The notes below the pieces were generated by a model. It was given only the letters and a program-made list of their open reading frames with translations, had not been told where the DNA came from and ran no database searches. The position numbers and the translations under genes were made by a program. A stretch of DNA of 64,000 bases from a virus. Lineage: Duplodnaviria > Caudoviricetes. The first letter of the stretch is position 1. Each line of letters begins with the position of its first letter. The DNA is taken from positions 1-64,000 of the IMG/VR virus record IMGVR_UViG_3300007072_000001, one strand, 5' to 3'. This document shows positions 28,848 through 38,808 of the stretch, in pieces.

Positions 28848-28867
28848 TAAATACAGGAAAATAACTA
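28848..28867 (-). promoter_or_regulatory. Putative phage late promoter TAGTTA-N8-TATTTA
   Basis: Exact motif at the start of the late region. Confidence 0.75.
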
Positions 28868-28917
28868 TCAAAGATTTATTTCGAATGGAATTTGATATGA
28901 CACTTCTTACATACAAC

Positions 28918-29298
28918 TTAGTAGCCAGGCGGGAAACATGCCTTTAAAAATACATCGGCCATCTTCGCTACTTTCTTTTTATCCTTAGCAAGCTTATGAG
29001 CCGCATCAGCTACCATCATTCTTGAGAAAGCTCTCAACTCTTTGTCGGTTTCTTTTTTATTCAACATCTGACCTTTTGGGCTGGGATATCTCCATCTGCA
29101 TTCTTCAATGAGAAATCTCTCATATGCAATCATCTTCGCAATACCAGTGATAGGATTACCATTAGCATCTTTGTAAGGTTTGTTGGTCATGATATTGTAT
29201 TTGACTTGTTCCCACGAAGTGAGACAACCATCAGTTGGCTCTCTCATTGCATCTATGTAATCATCAATATGGTCACGTTCTCTTTTTTTATTCATCAT
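28918..29298 (-). CDS. Hypothetical protein
   Basis: ORF with ATGA coupling. Confidence 0.6.
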   Translation of the reverse strand: MMNKKRERDHIDDYIDAMREPTDGCLTSWEQVKYNIMTNKPYKDANGNPITGIAKMIAYERFLIEECRWRYPSPKGQMLNKKETDKELRAFSRMMVADAAHKLAKDKKKVAKMADVFLKACFPPGY

Positions 29299-29507
29299 CC
29301 ACTCGAATCGACTTTATATTTTATCTTGCATTTGTGGCAGATATGGAGACTCAAGCAGTTCCCTATACTTATCTCATCGAATGTATGACCTTTTGTTTTA
29401 CACTCAGTATATTCTTTTGGGTCTTTATCTCCCCATCCGTTAGCATATCCTAAGTCTTTGTATTTCTCATATTCCTCTTTATTCATCCTTGATGTTCCTC
29501 CATCCAA
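29295..29507 (-). CDS. Small Cys/His zinc-ribbon protein (probable start MNKEE)
   Basis: C..GH..C..C..C pattern. Confidence 0.55.
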   Translation of the reverse strand: MDGGTSRMNKEEYEKYKDLGYANGWGDKDPKEYTECKTKGHTFDEISIGNCLSLHICHKCKIKYKVDSSG

Positions 29508-29959
29508 ACTTTCTCGAGCATTGAGTACACATATCTGTTGTACACAGAAGTTGCATGCACATCAATGCCGAATATCTTATCACCTAAGAATTTGGCAACT
29601 GCTGGGCTACGACTAATGCCACCATAACAGTGAACATATATCGTTCTCACTTCGTCTGGCAGAGCCTTCACAAAGTCAATTACTCCTCTTGCCATCGCTT
29701 CGTCGAAGAACTTTATGTTCTTCTCTCCACCAATGACGAGTCTCGTTTCACCTGTCTGTTTGTCAGCATCATGAAACTCAAGCACCAAATGATACTTCCA
29801 CTGAGAGTAATCTATGCCAGTCGGTTGATTTGGCTCATGTATACTTATGAGAGCGATGTCATCCTGTCCTTTAATGCTTTGAGCCTCATCGAGACTCATG
29901 AATCTAATTTTCATTGCAAACTCCTCTCCAATGCTTTGACTTGTTCTCCTTTGTACCAA
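29483..29959 (-). CDS. Protein tyrosine/dual-specificity phosphatase-like protein
   Basis: VHCYGGISRS (HCX5R) and FHD motif. Confidence 0.85.
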   Translation of the reverse strand: MVQRRTSQSIGEEFAMKIRFMSLDEAQSIKGQDDIALISIHEPNQPTGIDYSQWKYHLVLEFHDADKQTGETRLVIGGEKNIKFFDEAMARGVIDFVKALPDEVRTIYVHCYGGISRSPAVAKFLGDKIFGIDVHATSVYNRYVYSMLEKVWMEEHQG

Positions 29960-30204
29960 TGAGTGTCAGTCGATTCCTTGTCTATTCTATCGAACCGTGT
30001 GTAGTTCGTTTGCCATCCTTTAAGTTTAATTGCTTTGCCGTTCTTCAGATTTACAATGTAAAGTTTCAGTGTCTGACGTGCTGTGCAATCCCACCAATTA
30101 TCCTTCACTCGAAAGGCTTCATCAATCGCCTTTGAAACAGTCATATGAATCGTTCCATCATTTACTACTTGTTGTTTACCTTCGACAATGATGTAGCCTT
30201 TCAT
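29911..30204 (-). CDS. Hypothetical protein
   Basis: RBS, operon context. Confidence 0.55.
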   Translation of the reverse strand: MKGYIIVEGKQQVVNDGTIHMTVSKAIDEAFRVKDNWWDCTARQTLKLYIVNLKNGKAIKLKGWQTNYTRFDRIDKESTDTHWYKGEQVKALERSLQ

Positions 30205-30207
30205 GAT

Positions 30208-30420
30208 TCACTCCTCAATATGTAGTTCACAGTTTTTAAGTTGAAGGTTATTATTCAAACAAAAAAGCTCAGCATCACCTTTATCTCTGAACACATGGAA
30301 TATGCTGCCTCTCGTGACGATTGGTGCTCCTTCTTTTTTCGAGATTCCAGTGAAGCCTTCAATTATTACTTTATCTTTTGGCGCTTCATCGCTCATTTCA
30401 AACCCTCGTCCAACGCTCAA
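30208..30420 (-). CDS. Hypothetical protein
   Basis: ORF track, operon context. Confidence 0.5.
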   Translation of the reverse strand: MSVGRGFEMSDEAPKDKVIIEGFTGISKKEGAPIVTRGSIFHVFRDKGDAELFCLNNNLQLKNCELHIEE

Positions 30421-30519
30421 CTAATTCCTTTGGAATGGTTATTGACCCATCGACATTCTTCGTACATCTTTCAAAAAGATAAATCACCCACCTGCTCCAC
30501 GCATCATGAGCATACTCAG

Positions 30520-30786
30520 CTAACTTTTCTTTTTTCTCTTCAAAAGCCATTTGTCAAGCTCCTTCCATGTTAAAGGTTTTGGACACACAATCACAGGACC
30601 GTGATAAACACTTCCATTCGGCAACGATGCAACAATTTCTATAGGATATTTGAGAATACATTTATCGTTTTGATAAGCTCGACACGAGAGACAGTTTTTT
30701 GATTTAATTTTTTTATTAACATTTCGTTTCGCAAATTTATTTTTCCTTCCAAAATAAATGTAATTCACATTGGATGTTTTTAACAT
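30520..30786 (-). CDS. Cys-rich hypothetical protein
   Basis: CLSCRAY..C..CPKP. Confidence 0.5.
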   Translation of the reverse strand: MLKTSNVNYIYFGRKNKFAKRNVNKKIKSKNCLSCRAYQNDKCILKYPIEIVASLPNGSVYHGPVIVCPKPLTWKELDKWLLKRKKKS

Positions 30787-30796
30787 TTGTAATCCC

Positions 30797-31063
30797 TCAT
30801 TTAAACTTTATTTTTATTTCCTTTACTCGTATACTTTCAATATCTTTCGCTAATCCTATAAAGTATTCGTTTGACTTTTGTTTCTTCATTACATCAGTCA
30901 AACGAGATTTTACAACATCAATATCCAAAGAATCCGACACTATAAACCCATCTCGTTCCCCTGTAATAACCTTTCCCAAAGCATCATGAATAGCCTTCAC
31001 TTGGTCAGAACTAAGTGGTACTTTTGATTTAATAAAGAAAAAGAATTTCTTTGATTCTGACAT
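30797..31063 (-). CDS. Hypothetical protein
   Basis: AGGAGG RBS. Confidence 0.6.
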   Translation of the reverse strand: MSESKKFFFFIKSKVPLSSDQVKAIHDALGKVITGERDGFIVSDSLDIDVVKSRLTDVMKKQKSNEYFIGLAKDIESIRVKEIKIKFK

Positions 31064-31127
31064 TTAACTACCTCCTTTAGTTTTACAACAAATATATGTC
31101 TTAGTCAACCAAGCGAAATGCAATACC

Positions 31128-31432
31128 TTATTTCTGTTTATTTGCAAACTTCCTTTTTTTACCCCAAGTTCCATCAATAATACACACTAAATATGTAGCA
31201 TAATTGACAAGGTCTATTGCCGTATCTCTAACAGACTCGTCTTTCACTTTTTGCTTCGCTCCGAGAACAAGAGAAAGCAGCCTTGCAGCCTTATCAAATA
31301 TTCTTACAACAAGACCTATTTTCCAGTTGTAGCTATCACATCAATCATACTTGCGTAATCATTATTCTTTCTTATCGATAACGCTACTGCTTCCTTGTGA
31401 ACTTTACGAATTGCTTTAACTGATAGTGACAT
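31128..31432 (-). pseudogene. DUF1599 / nucleotide-modification-associated domain (Nmad1)-like gene with 1-nt frameshift
   Basis: RKNNDYA..TG[K I]GLVVRIFDKAARL..DESVRDTAIDLVNYA; frame restored by one extra A in the run at 31319-31322. Confidence 0.75.
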
Positions 31433-31489
31433 CTTTTCCTCCTTTGTTTCATATTATCATCTTTCTTCAATTTTTGAATGCAAATTTTA

Positions 31490-32182
31490 TTACGTTTTGT
31501 TCTTCTCCTCATATTCTTTGATTACTTCTTCGATAAGCTTTATCGTGTTTGCATGAAGTTCCATCTTATTTTTGTTTGCTTCCCAAAAACCTCTTGGATT
31601 AGGAACTCCGCCTTGTGCTTTTGCAGCACCAATCCAATCACAGAGCATTTCAACTACGTATTTCTTTGGCATTTCAATTACTGTCCTACCAGCTGTCATG
31701 AATTTCTCATAATCAATATGAGATATTCCAATCAATTGGTCTGGTATTTTTTCTTGCAACAGCTTTGGATTTTCAATTATCGCCTTAGCCGTCTCAACAT
31801 ATATCTTCAATATATTCGCTATTTTATTCAGCGCATCTACATAAACTGGAGGCTCGTCGACATCCCCAACCTTAAATATTCGATTTGGCAGTTTCTCTTC
31901 TATCATAACCCAATACTGCCAGTGGTGAGGGTTTCTGGTATAATGATGCATCCATGCCATGCCAAGAACTCGAGCTGCATTGTAAGCTCCACTCGAATCT
32001 CTTAAATTACGTTTACGACCTTTCTCATCATAAAATGTTTTGGCGTAATGAAAGAACTCCTTTGGATGAAACTTACTGTTGTCATGAATCAAACCTTGCC
32101 ATATCAACCCTCGTTTAAAACATTCAAGCATCACAAACCATTTATGTTTGATTATATACCACAGATATACAATGTATCTCAT
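31490..32182 (-). CDS. DUF5662-like HD-type hydrolase
   Basis: HKWFV, HDNSKF..EF, HHYTRNPHHWQYW, EMLCDW. Confidence 0.75.
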   Translation of the reverse strand: MRYIVYLWYIIKHKWFVMLECFKRGLIWQGLIHDNSKFHPKEFFHYAKTFYDEKGRKRNLRDSSGAYNAARVLGMAWMHHYTRNPHHWQYWVMIEEKLPNRIFKVGDVDEPPVYVDALNKIANILKIYVETAKAIIENPKLLQEKIPDQLIGISHIDYEKFMTAGRTVIEMPKKYVVEMLCDWIGAAKAQGGVPNPRGFWEANKNKMELHANTIKLIEEVIKEYEEKNKT

Positions 32183-32403
32183 AAAACCTCCTTTTTCTTC
32201 TTTGCCTTTGATTGAAAGATATATGTAATATATTTACAAAAATTTGTCAGTTTCCAAGTGGTTATGATATTTTCAAGTATAATTGCATTCATCATCTCAT
32301 CTCAAGAGTTATTGAATTCAGAAGAATGGCAGATTCCTGATATTGTTTGCAGCAGCTACCTTCACATTTAGAACATATTTCTTTGCTCTCATTATTTACT
32401 ACA

Positions 32404-32598
32404 TCAACTTGCAACTTTACTTTCGTAATATTTTTTGACATTTTTCAGCTCCACAGGCTGTGGTATTTTTGCATGTCTTCGTTTATCCATACGACCTGGA
32501 AGTTTTAAAAACAATTTACCATTTAGTGCAATGCCTTCAATTTCAAACTTTTCGCATGTTGGAAGATAAATAACGATTTCTCCAAATTTAAAATCCAT
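32404..32598 (-). CDS. Small SH3-like hypothetical protein
   Basis: FKFGEIV start typical of small beta-barrels. Confidence 0.5.
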   Translation of the reverse strand: MDFKFGEIVIYLPTCEKFEIEGIALNGKLFLKLPGRMDKRRHAKIPQPVELKNVKKYYESKVAS

Positions 32599-32983
32599 TA
32601 ATTATATCGTCAAAGGTCTTATACTCTCCAGTTTTAAGGTCAATGAAATAACCTATTTGAATCATACTTTTAATATAGCGACCTTTGGCTACCTCCCACT
32701 CTTTAAGTAATCTATATTTTGTAGCACCAGTGTCTTTACGTACAGCATATATTTTCATTGCAGCTTTGTGTTTTATAAGATAATCAGAACCAAAGCTATA
32801 GTGTCTTTGCTCAATAACAATATAATGTTGATTGAGGTATTCCCAAGAATATAGTTTATCGTACTGAAGTATCTCCGAAGATGATGTTGTATTTTGTCTT
32901 GGAACAAGACCACCAGTCAACCGATGAGCATTAACATTCACTACAAATATTACTGTCAACAAAATAAAAAAAACCCTTTTCAT
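32588..32983 (-). CDS. Secreted hypothetical protein
   Basis: Signal peptide MKRVFFILLTVIFVVNVNA. Confidence 0.65.
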   Translation of the reverse strand: MKRVFFILLTVIFVVNVNAHRLTGGLVPRQNTTSSSEILQYDKLYSWEYLNQHYIVIEQRHYSFGSDYLIKHKAAMKIYAVRKDTGATKYRLLKEWEVAKGRYIKSMIQIGYFIDLKTGEYKTFDDIINGF

Positions 32984-33245
32984 ACATACACCTCCTTAAA
33001 TATTATTGATTTGATTTTTTATTTTTAAACAACTCATTAATATGAGTTTTGACTTTATTGATGTCACTATAATACTGTTCATAAATTGTTGAAGTATTTA
33101 TTTTAATTCTAATTTTATATCTTGTGGTCATATCAACTACCTCCTAAATTCTAAGTTAAATTCGTCTAACACTTAATTAAAAAAAGTAGGTAGTGAATTA
33201 TTTCTGTTTTTTATAATGAGTTTTAGCCTTGTAATTTATCAAATT

Positions 33246-34322
33246 CTACTTATTTTTCATATTTGTTTCTGCAATAACCATCTCCACTATAATACGGTCA
33301 ATTGAAACTGTGACATCCCAATTTGGATATGCTTCTTTAAGTTTTTTGTTATTTGTATAATAGCAAATATGGTCACCACTTCTATTTTGGTCTATATATT
33401 CCCATTTTACTTTAATACCATACAAATTTTTGAGTTTATGAAACACTTCCAAAATAGAAACACTGTTAGCGTATCCACCACCAATATTATATGCCGGACC
33501 ACCTGACTTTGGATTGTTAATTATCTCTTCCATTGCTCTGACAACATCATAGCTATGAATGTTGTCTCTCACTTGCTTTCCTTTATAACCAAAAACCTTA
33601 TATGTTCCACCACTGACTGCGACCTTTATAAGATATGAAAGAAATCCATGAAGTTCAACACCACTATGATTTGGCCCGGTAAGACAACCACCACGAAGAA
33701 CCGCAGTCTTCATTCCGAAATACTTTCCATACTCTTGAACCATAATATCTGCAGCAACCTTTGACGCTCCAAATATACTATGTTTGCTATTATCAATTCG
33801 CATACTTTCATCAATACCCTCTTTATAATAAGGATACTTTTCATATTCATATCTTGTTTCCATCTCCCTCATATCTATCTCGTTCGGAGCATCTCCATAA
33901 ACTTTGTTTGTGCTCATAAAGACAAAAGGAGATTCTGAACAAAATCTTCTTGTCATTTCGAGAAGGTTAAGTGTCCCTACAGCATTCACATCAAAGTCAT
34001 CGAATGGAATATCTTTGGCCTTATCATGTGAAGGTTGTGCTGCACAATGAATAATTGCATCAAACCTCGTATTTGCGAAAACATTTTCTAAAGCATCTCT
34101 TTTACGTATGTCAACACTCTGTGGAATAAATTTATCCTTCCATTTGTTTTTGAGCTGTTCAACTCTCCATGATGTATCACCTTTTTCACCGAAAAATTCT
34201 TTTCTCATATTGTTGTCTATACCAACAACTTCATAACCAAGATTAGCAAAATGTTCTACAGCTTCAGAACCTATCAATCCACCACTTCCAGTAATCAAAA
34301 TCTTCTTTGACATGTATATCAC
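33246..34322 (-). CDS. NAD-dependent nucleotide-sugar epimerase/dehydratase (CDP-paratose 2-epimerase-like SDR)
   Basis: ILITGSGGLIG, HCAAQPSHD, STNKVYG, FGASK, GKQVRDNIH. Confidence 0.9.
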   Translation of the reverse strand: MIYMSKKILITGSGGLIGSEAVEHFANLGYEVVGIDNNMRKEFFGEKGDTSWRVEQLKNKWKDKFIPQSVDIRKRDALENVFANTRFDAIIHCAAQPSHDKAKDIPFDDFDVNAVGTLNLLEMTRRFCSESPFVFMSTNKVYGDAPNEIDMREMETRYEYEKYPYYKEGIDESMRIDNSKHSIFGASKVAADIMVQEYGKYFGMKTAVLRGGCLTGPNHSGVELHGFLSYLIKVAVSGGTYKVFGYKGKQVRDNIHSYDVVRAMEEIINNPKSGGPAYNIGGGYANSVSILEVFHKLKNLYGIKVKWEYIDQNRSGDHICYYTNNKKLKEAYPNWDVTVSIDRIIVEMVIAETNMKNK

Positions 34323-34606
34323 CTTATCCTTTCTGCTTTTTCTATCAGAACTTTTCTTTTGGCAACTATTTCTTCAATTGCCACTCTCACAATATTTGCT
34401 ATTTTAAGTTTCTTTTCATTGTTTGGATTTCCAAGATATCTTTCATTTTCAATATCAAAATATTTTCTCAACCCAGCTTCTCTTAATCTTTTATTCACGA
34501 GTTTAAATGCCTTCTTTTTTATCTTAGCATCATTTTGAATAATTAATGTATTACGGCCATTTACAATAAAATTTTGTTCATTCGTTTCTTCAACAGTATT
34601 TGTCAC
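34319..34606 (-). CDS. Hypothetical protein
   Basis: Operon context. Confidence 0.55.
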   Translation of the reverse strand: MTNTVEETNEQNFIVNGRNTLIIQNDAKIKKKAFKLVNKRLREAGLRKYFDIENERYLGNPNNEKKLKIANIVRVAIEEIVAKRKVLIEKAERIR

Positions 34607-34815
34607 ACAACACCTCCAAATTTTATAATATTTCGAATTTCCGCTTTTATCTCTTCCCCATTTTTGTCATCCGTAATACAAGTTATATCTCTTACAAGCG
34701 GAGATATGCAACATCCCCAACTCCAACACCCTCCACCTATTTTTGTTATTTCCACCTCATTGGTTTTTTTATTATATGATACGATATTGATCGCATCCCC
34801 TCTGTATTTTATCAT
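34603..34815 (-). CDS. Hypothetical protein
   Basis: ORF track. Confidence 0.45.
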   Translation of the reverse strand: MIKYRGDAINIVSYNKKTNEVEITKIGGGCWSWGCCISPLVRDITCITDDKNGEEIKAEIRNIIKFGGVV

Positions 34816-34994
34816 ATATACTTTGCTCTCATCGTTATATAACTATTCAATCTTTCAGTTTGAATATCAATTTCATCTTCGAATAACATTTTCATGCTTT
34901 TTAAGAACTGCAACCTTCTTAAGATGAGCTGCTCTTTCATTTAGCAAATTCTCCTTAAGCTTTGTCATTACAAAACAACCTCCAAAATTCTAAA

Positions 34995-35348
34995 TTATTC
35001 AGTCTTTGATTGAATCTGTTCTTTTGGGTTATAAAACAACTTCTCAATAATTGTTTCTGTATTGCCTGTTTTTGTAATAGTACGTTCCACAACAATGTTC
35101 TGATTATTCTTCCATTTCATCCAGGCATTTGGTACCTTTTTAAGTTTTTCAAGAGGATATTCCGATTTGTATGTTGTGCCAACTTCATTCGTTTTATATT
35201 TTGTCATTGCGAACAATTCGTAAACTTTCCCGTTTTTCATATGAATTTTAAGTTTCAACGCCTGATCATCGTCAAACGTAGATGGACACAATTCCATAAA
35301 ACTCACATCATCAAAGTTTATAAATTTCTCTTCGTATTTATATATCAT
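34995..35348 (-). CDS. Hypothetical protein
   Basis: ATGA-coupled to recA. Confidence 0.6.
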   Translation of the reverse strand: MIYKYEEKFINFDDVSFMELCPSTFDDDQALKLKIHMKNGKVYELFAMTKYKTNEVGTTYKSEYPLEKLKKVPNAWMKWKNNQNIVVERTITKTGNTETIIEKLFYNPKEQIQSKTE

Positions 35349-36481
35349 TCAAGCACCTCAACACTTGATTCTTCTTCTTTTTCTTCTTCTTTTTTTATTT
35401 CCTTACCATCTTGTTTTTTCAAATTCATTTCTCTCGCCTTTAATTCAACTTTTGCAAGAAGCTCTTTATCTTCCTTTAAAGCTTTAAATGCTTTATCTCT
35501 TCCAAGTCCAAGTTGCTTCCCATCAAACATATATTTATTGCCTATCTTTTCTATTGCGCCAACCTGCTCTGCAGCACTAAATATAGCAGAAATCTTTTTT
35601 ATCCCTTTGCCAAAAATAATTTCAAAGAAAGCTTCTTTAAATGGTATTCCAACTTTATTCTTGACTATCTTCGCTTTTACAACATTTCCTATTTTAGAAC
35701 CATCACTACCTTCAATTTGTTCTTTTATTCTTACTTCTATACGAACAGAAGCGTAAAATTTCAGTGCCCTTCCACCAGGGGTACTTATTGGCTTATAGTT
35801 TTTATTTGGACTATATGCACCAACAGCATCTCTTACCTGATTTATAAAAATAACACAAGCCTTAGATTTACCAATTACCCCAGTAAGACGTCTTAAAGCT
35901 GTGGACATCATTCTTGCCTGTGGTGCCATCTTTCTATCACCAATATGCCCTTCAAGTTCTTCCTTAGGAACAAGAGCTGCAAGTGAATCCACAACAATAA
36001 GGTCTACAACATTTGCTTTAACAAACTTCTCAATTATATCTAATGCTTGTTCCCCACTATCTGGTTGAACTATACCAAGAGATTTTACATCCACACCAAT
36101 CGCCTCTGCATAATTTGCATCCATTGCATTCTCAGCATCAATATAAACTACTTTACCATTAAGTTTTTGACAATTCTTTATTATTGACAAGCAAAGAGTA
36201 GATTTCCCGGAAGATTCTGGTCCAAATATTTCTACAATTCTTCCTCTTGGAACTCCACCAACACCAATTGCCAAATCAAGTGAAAGTGCCCCGGTTGGAA
36301 TTGCATCAACATTTATAGTTGGAATATCACTCAATTTTACAATAGTACCAGCTCCATATTGTTTGTTTATTTCATTCAAAGTAGAATCGAAATCCTTTTG
36401 TTCCTTTTTTATATTCTTCTCTTCCTTTTGTTCCTTCTGTTCTTTCTTTTTCGATTCCTTCTTTTCTTTTTTCTTTGCCAT
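35345..36481 (-). CDS. recA: RecA recombinase with charged N- and C-terminal extensions
   Basis: GPESSGKST, IDAEN, VVDSLAAL, FINQ, GGRALKFYAS, VKNK. Confidence 0.97.
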   Translation of the reverse strand: MAKKKEKKESKKKEQKEQKEEKNIKKEQKDFDSTLNEINKQYGAGTIVKLSDIPTINVDAIPTGALSLDLAIGVGGVPRGRIVEIFGPESSGKSTLCLSIIKNCQKLNGKVVYIDAENAMDANYAEAIGVDVKSLGIVQPDSGEQALDIIEKFVKANVVDLIVVDSLAALVPKEELEGHIGDRKMAPQARMMSTALRRLTGVIGKSKACVIFINQVRDAVGAYSPNKNYKPISTPGGRALKFYASVRIEVRIKEQIEGSDGSKIGNVVKAKIVKNKVGIPFKEAFFEIIFGKGIKKISAIFSAAEQVGAIEKIGNKYMFDGKQLGLGRDKAFKALKEDKELLAKVELKAREMNLKKQDGKEIKKEEEKEEESSVEVLE

Positions 36482-36644
36482 AACTTTTATCCTCCATCCA
36501 TTGGTCTATTGAATGTTTTTGAAATCTCCAAAATGAAGCTATCTTCACTGCTGGTATTTGTTTTCTTCCACAAAGCTTGTAAATTGTGACAGGTTTCACC
36601 TTCAAATACGAAGCCAGTTCTTTAACAGTGAAAACTTCATCCAT
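36372..36644 (-). CDS. Excisionase-type HTH DNA-binding protein
   Basis: FTVKELASYLKVKPVTIYKL..IPAVKI..WRF. Confidence 0.85.
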   Translation of the reverse strand: MDEVFTVKELASYLKVKPVTIYKLCGRKQIPAVKIASFWRFQKHSIDQWMEDKSYGKEKRKEGIEKERTEGTKGREEYKKGTKGFRFYFE

Positions 36645-37342
36645 TACAATCTCTCACGAATCTTTTTAAAATACTTTTTAACATCTACTCCAGCAATCAA
36701 AAGGTCGTTGACGTCCTTCATTCCATCTTTAGCTATTTGCACTTTATACAAAATCATGTTCTTGTATTTTTTTCTGTATTTATGCATAGCATCTTCTTTA
36801 TCTTCCCAAAATTTTATCACATTTTTACCTGGTTCATCGTTATCCAGTACAAAATAAACTTTATTGAAATATCTGTAAATAATTTCGTGTTGTATTTGCG
36901 TCATTTTATTCCCACAAATTGCTATAGTGTTATGAAATCCTATTTGGTCCATACTTATACAATCCAATTGACCTTCAACTATAAACACTGTACCATTATA
37001 ATATTCATGAATAACTTGATTAAGATTGTAGAACATACGACCCTTCTCGTAAAGCAAAGGATAATTTAATGATGACATATGTTTCATATCCGCATCCTTG
37101 TCTATTGACCTACAATAATATGCTACAATTCTATTTCTCATATCATAATATGGAACTGTTATGCAATTCCTTATATCGGTTGTATTAAATAATTTAAAGT
37201 CATCATTATAACCTATTCCAAATTTTTTTATAGTCTCATCAGTAAACCCACGATTATAAAGGTATTTCAAACTCTCTTTATTATGATTACTTATGAGAAA
37301 TCTTTGTGCTTTAATAAACTCTTTGATAAGCATTTTGTTCAA
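36644..37342 (-). CDS. DnaG-type primase catalytic core (Toprim) lacking zinc-binding domain
   Basis: YLYNRG..FGIGY, IVEGQLD, LDNDEPG, KDVND. Confidence 0.85.
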   Translation of the reverse strand: MNKMLIKEFIKAQRFLISNHNKESLKYLYNRGFTDETIKKFGIGYNDDFKLFNTTDIRNCITVPYYDMRNRIVAYYCRSIDKDADMKHMSSLNYPLLYEKGRMFYNLNQVIHEYYNGTVFIVEGQLDCISMDQIGFHNTIAICGNKMTQIQHEIIYRYFNKVYFVLDNDEPGKNVIKFWEDKEDAMHKYRKKYKNMILYKVQIAKDGMKDVNDLLIAGVDVKKYFKKIRERL

Positions 37343-37793
37343 ACCATTTTGGCACTGGACGATTAGTCCATCTGCAGAATTTTGCTTTTGCTTTTACATA
37401 ATATTCCCGGTATGAATCACTCACAGAGTCTTTTTTAAATTCAATAGGCATACACCTTGGTGGTTTTTTGAAGCCAATAGATGGTAATATTGGTAGTTTA
37501 AGATTTTTTGTAACAGCTTCAGTCTTGTGAACTTTTCCATAACGATGAGTGTATTCATTGCATAAAGCTAATGCCAAACTACGAAGGTATAACCAATTTT
37601 CCTGAGATTGAGCACACCACAAAACACATGGATGGTTTTTATGTGTTGGTTTATAACCTTGAATTATTGAACCATAAAGAGTTGATGTTGTTGAAAGAAT
37701 TTGCGCATACTCAACAATCATCTTCACCACATGTTTATCACAATGATACTCAACACATTTTTGAATGTCATCATCTAAGTAAAATATATTCAA
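37311..37793 (-). CDS. Pyrimidine-dimer DNA glycosylase / DenV-related protein
   Basis: MNIFYLD..HCDKHVVKM..EYAQILS..THKNHPC..W..EYTHRYGKVH. Confidence 0.8.
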   Translation of the reverse strand: MNIFYLDDDIQKCVEYHCDKHVVKMIVEYAQILSTTSTLYGSIIQGYKPTHKNHPCVLWCAQSQENWLYLRSLALALCNEYTHRYGKVHKTEAVTKNLKLPILPSIGFKKPPRCMPIEFKKDSVSDSYREYYVKAKAKFCRWTNRPVPKWFEQNAYQRVY

Positions 37794-37862
37794 AACTACC
37801 TCCTGAATTCTTTTGTAGCATTATATCACAAAAAAGATTATGGTGCATATTATTTTCTTTAT

Positions 37863-37939
37863 TGGCGGGTCCAGCAGGAATCGAACCTGCGACCAACCGC
37901 TTAGAAGGCGGTTGCTCTAATCCACTGAGCTACGGACCC
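37863..37939 (-). tRNA. tRNA-Arg(TCT)
   Basis: Cloverleaf, anticodon arm accgc-cttctaa-gcggt, GGTTCGA T-loop, encoded CCA. Confidence 0.95.
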
Positions 37940-38014
37940 ATTTATTTAATACTGTAAACCAATGCATGACACTACAAAAAGACATTAGCTTAAGCCTCTT
38001 ATCAAATATAGCAC

Positions 38015-38284
38015 TTATTCAAAACATTTTTTGATAGCTGCCCTCAAATAATCTTCGCTTACGTTTCCTTCAACCATTTGACCTTTATCTTCATTCAATA
38101 TTATAGTTGTTGGAAAAGCATATACATCAAATGCTTTTGCTATTTGTTTGAATTCAGGAGTAGATTTAGTCAAATCAACTATTTCATGGGGTATACTATT
38201 CGATGTCATAACTTTGGTGAATCTTGGTTTAAACTCTTCACAAGCAGCACATCCAGGCACAGTAAATAAGATTATCTTTCTCAT
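38015..38284 (-). CDS. Thioredoxin/glutaredoxin-like protein
   Basis: CAAC, cis-Pro FPT motif. Confidence 0.85.
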   Translation of the reverse strand: MRKIILFTVPGCAACEEFKPRFTKVMTSNSIPHEIVDLTKSTPEFKQIAKAFDVYAFPTTIILNEDKGQMVEGNVSEDYLRAAIKKCFE

Positions 38285-38475
38285 ATATCCCCGTCCATTT
38301 TTGGTACATCAAATAACACACGTTCTTTATATTCTTCTTGTTTGCCTTTGTTCCAATCTTTCACAGGACGAAAGAAGCCAACAACCCTACTGTAAACTTC
38401 ACAAGGAGTTCCATGAACATTCTTCAACTCATCTTCAAGTTCTGCAATTCGTTTTAATATGGCATCATTATTCAT
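38281..38475 (-). CDS. Stand-alone NrdD C-terminal glycyl-radical domain peptide
   Basis: CEVYSRVVGFFRPVKDWNKGKQEEY matches the class III RNR C-terminus. Confidence 0.85.
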   Translation of the reverse strand: MNNDAILKRIAELEDELKNVHGTPCEVYSRVVGFFRPVKDWNKGKQEEYKERVLFDVPKMDGDI

Positions 38476-38494
38476 GTCGCTTCTCCTTTAAAAA

Positions 38495-38570
38495 TGGTCG
38501 GAGCGACAGGATTCGAACCTGTGACTTTTTGGCCCCAAACCAGATGCGCTACCAACTGCGCTACGCTCCG
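38495..38570 (-). tRNA. tRNA-Pro(TGG)
   Basis: CGGAGCG acceptor, anticodon loop tttgggg, GGTTCGAA, CCA; one mismatch in anticodon stem. Confidence 0.92.
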
Positions 38571-38808
38571 TTTATTTTTTTACTTTTGGCCTTTTAATTC
38601 CAAGCCTTTTGAGGGCTATTTCATGTTGCCTTAGTCTTTCTTCTTTTGTCATTGCGTCTTGCCCTACATTTGCTGGTCTTAATTTTAATTTCATTACCAA
38701 CCTCCTAAATTCTAATTATGCCTGAGTAAGAACATCGAATTCATTTTCCCAAAACTTTCCATGTGTCCATGTTTCTGGCATTGCCACATGTAAGAGTGGT
38801 TCCCCTGA

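Noticed and set aside
36372-36644. Excisionase as evidence of an integrated prophage boundary
   Set aside because: No integrase, att duplication or host genes in the window; this HTH family is common as a regulator
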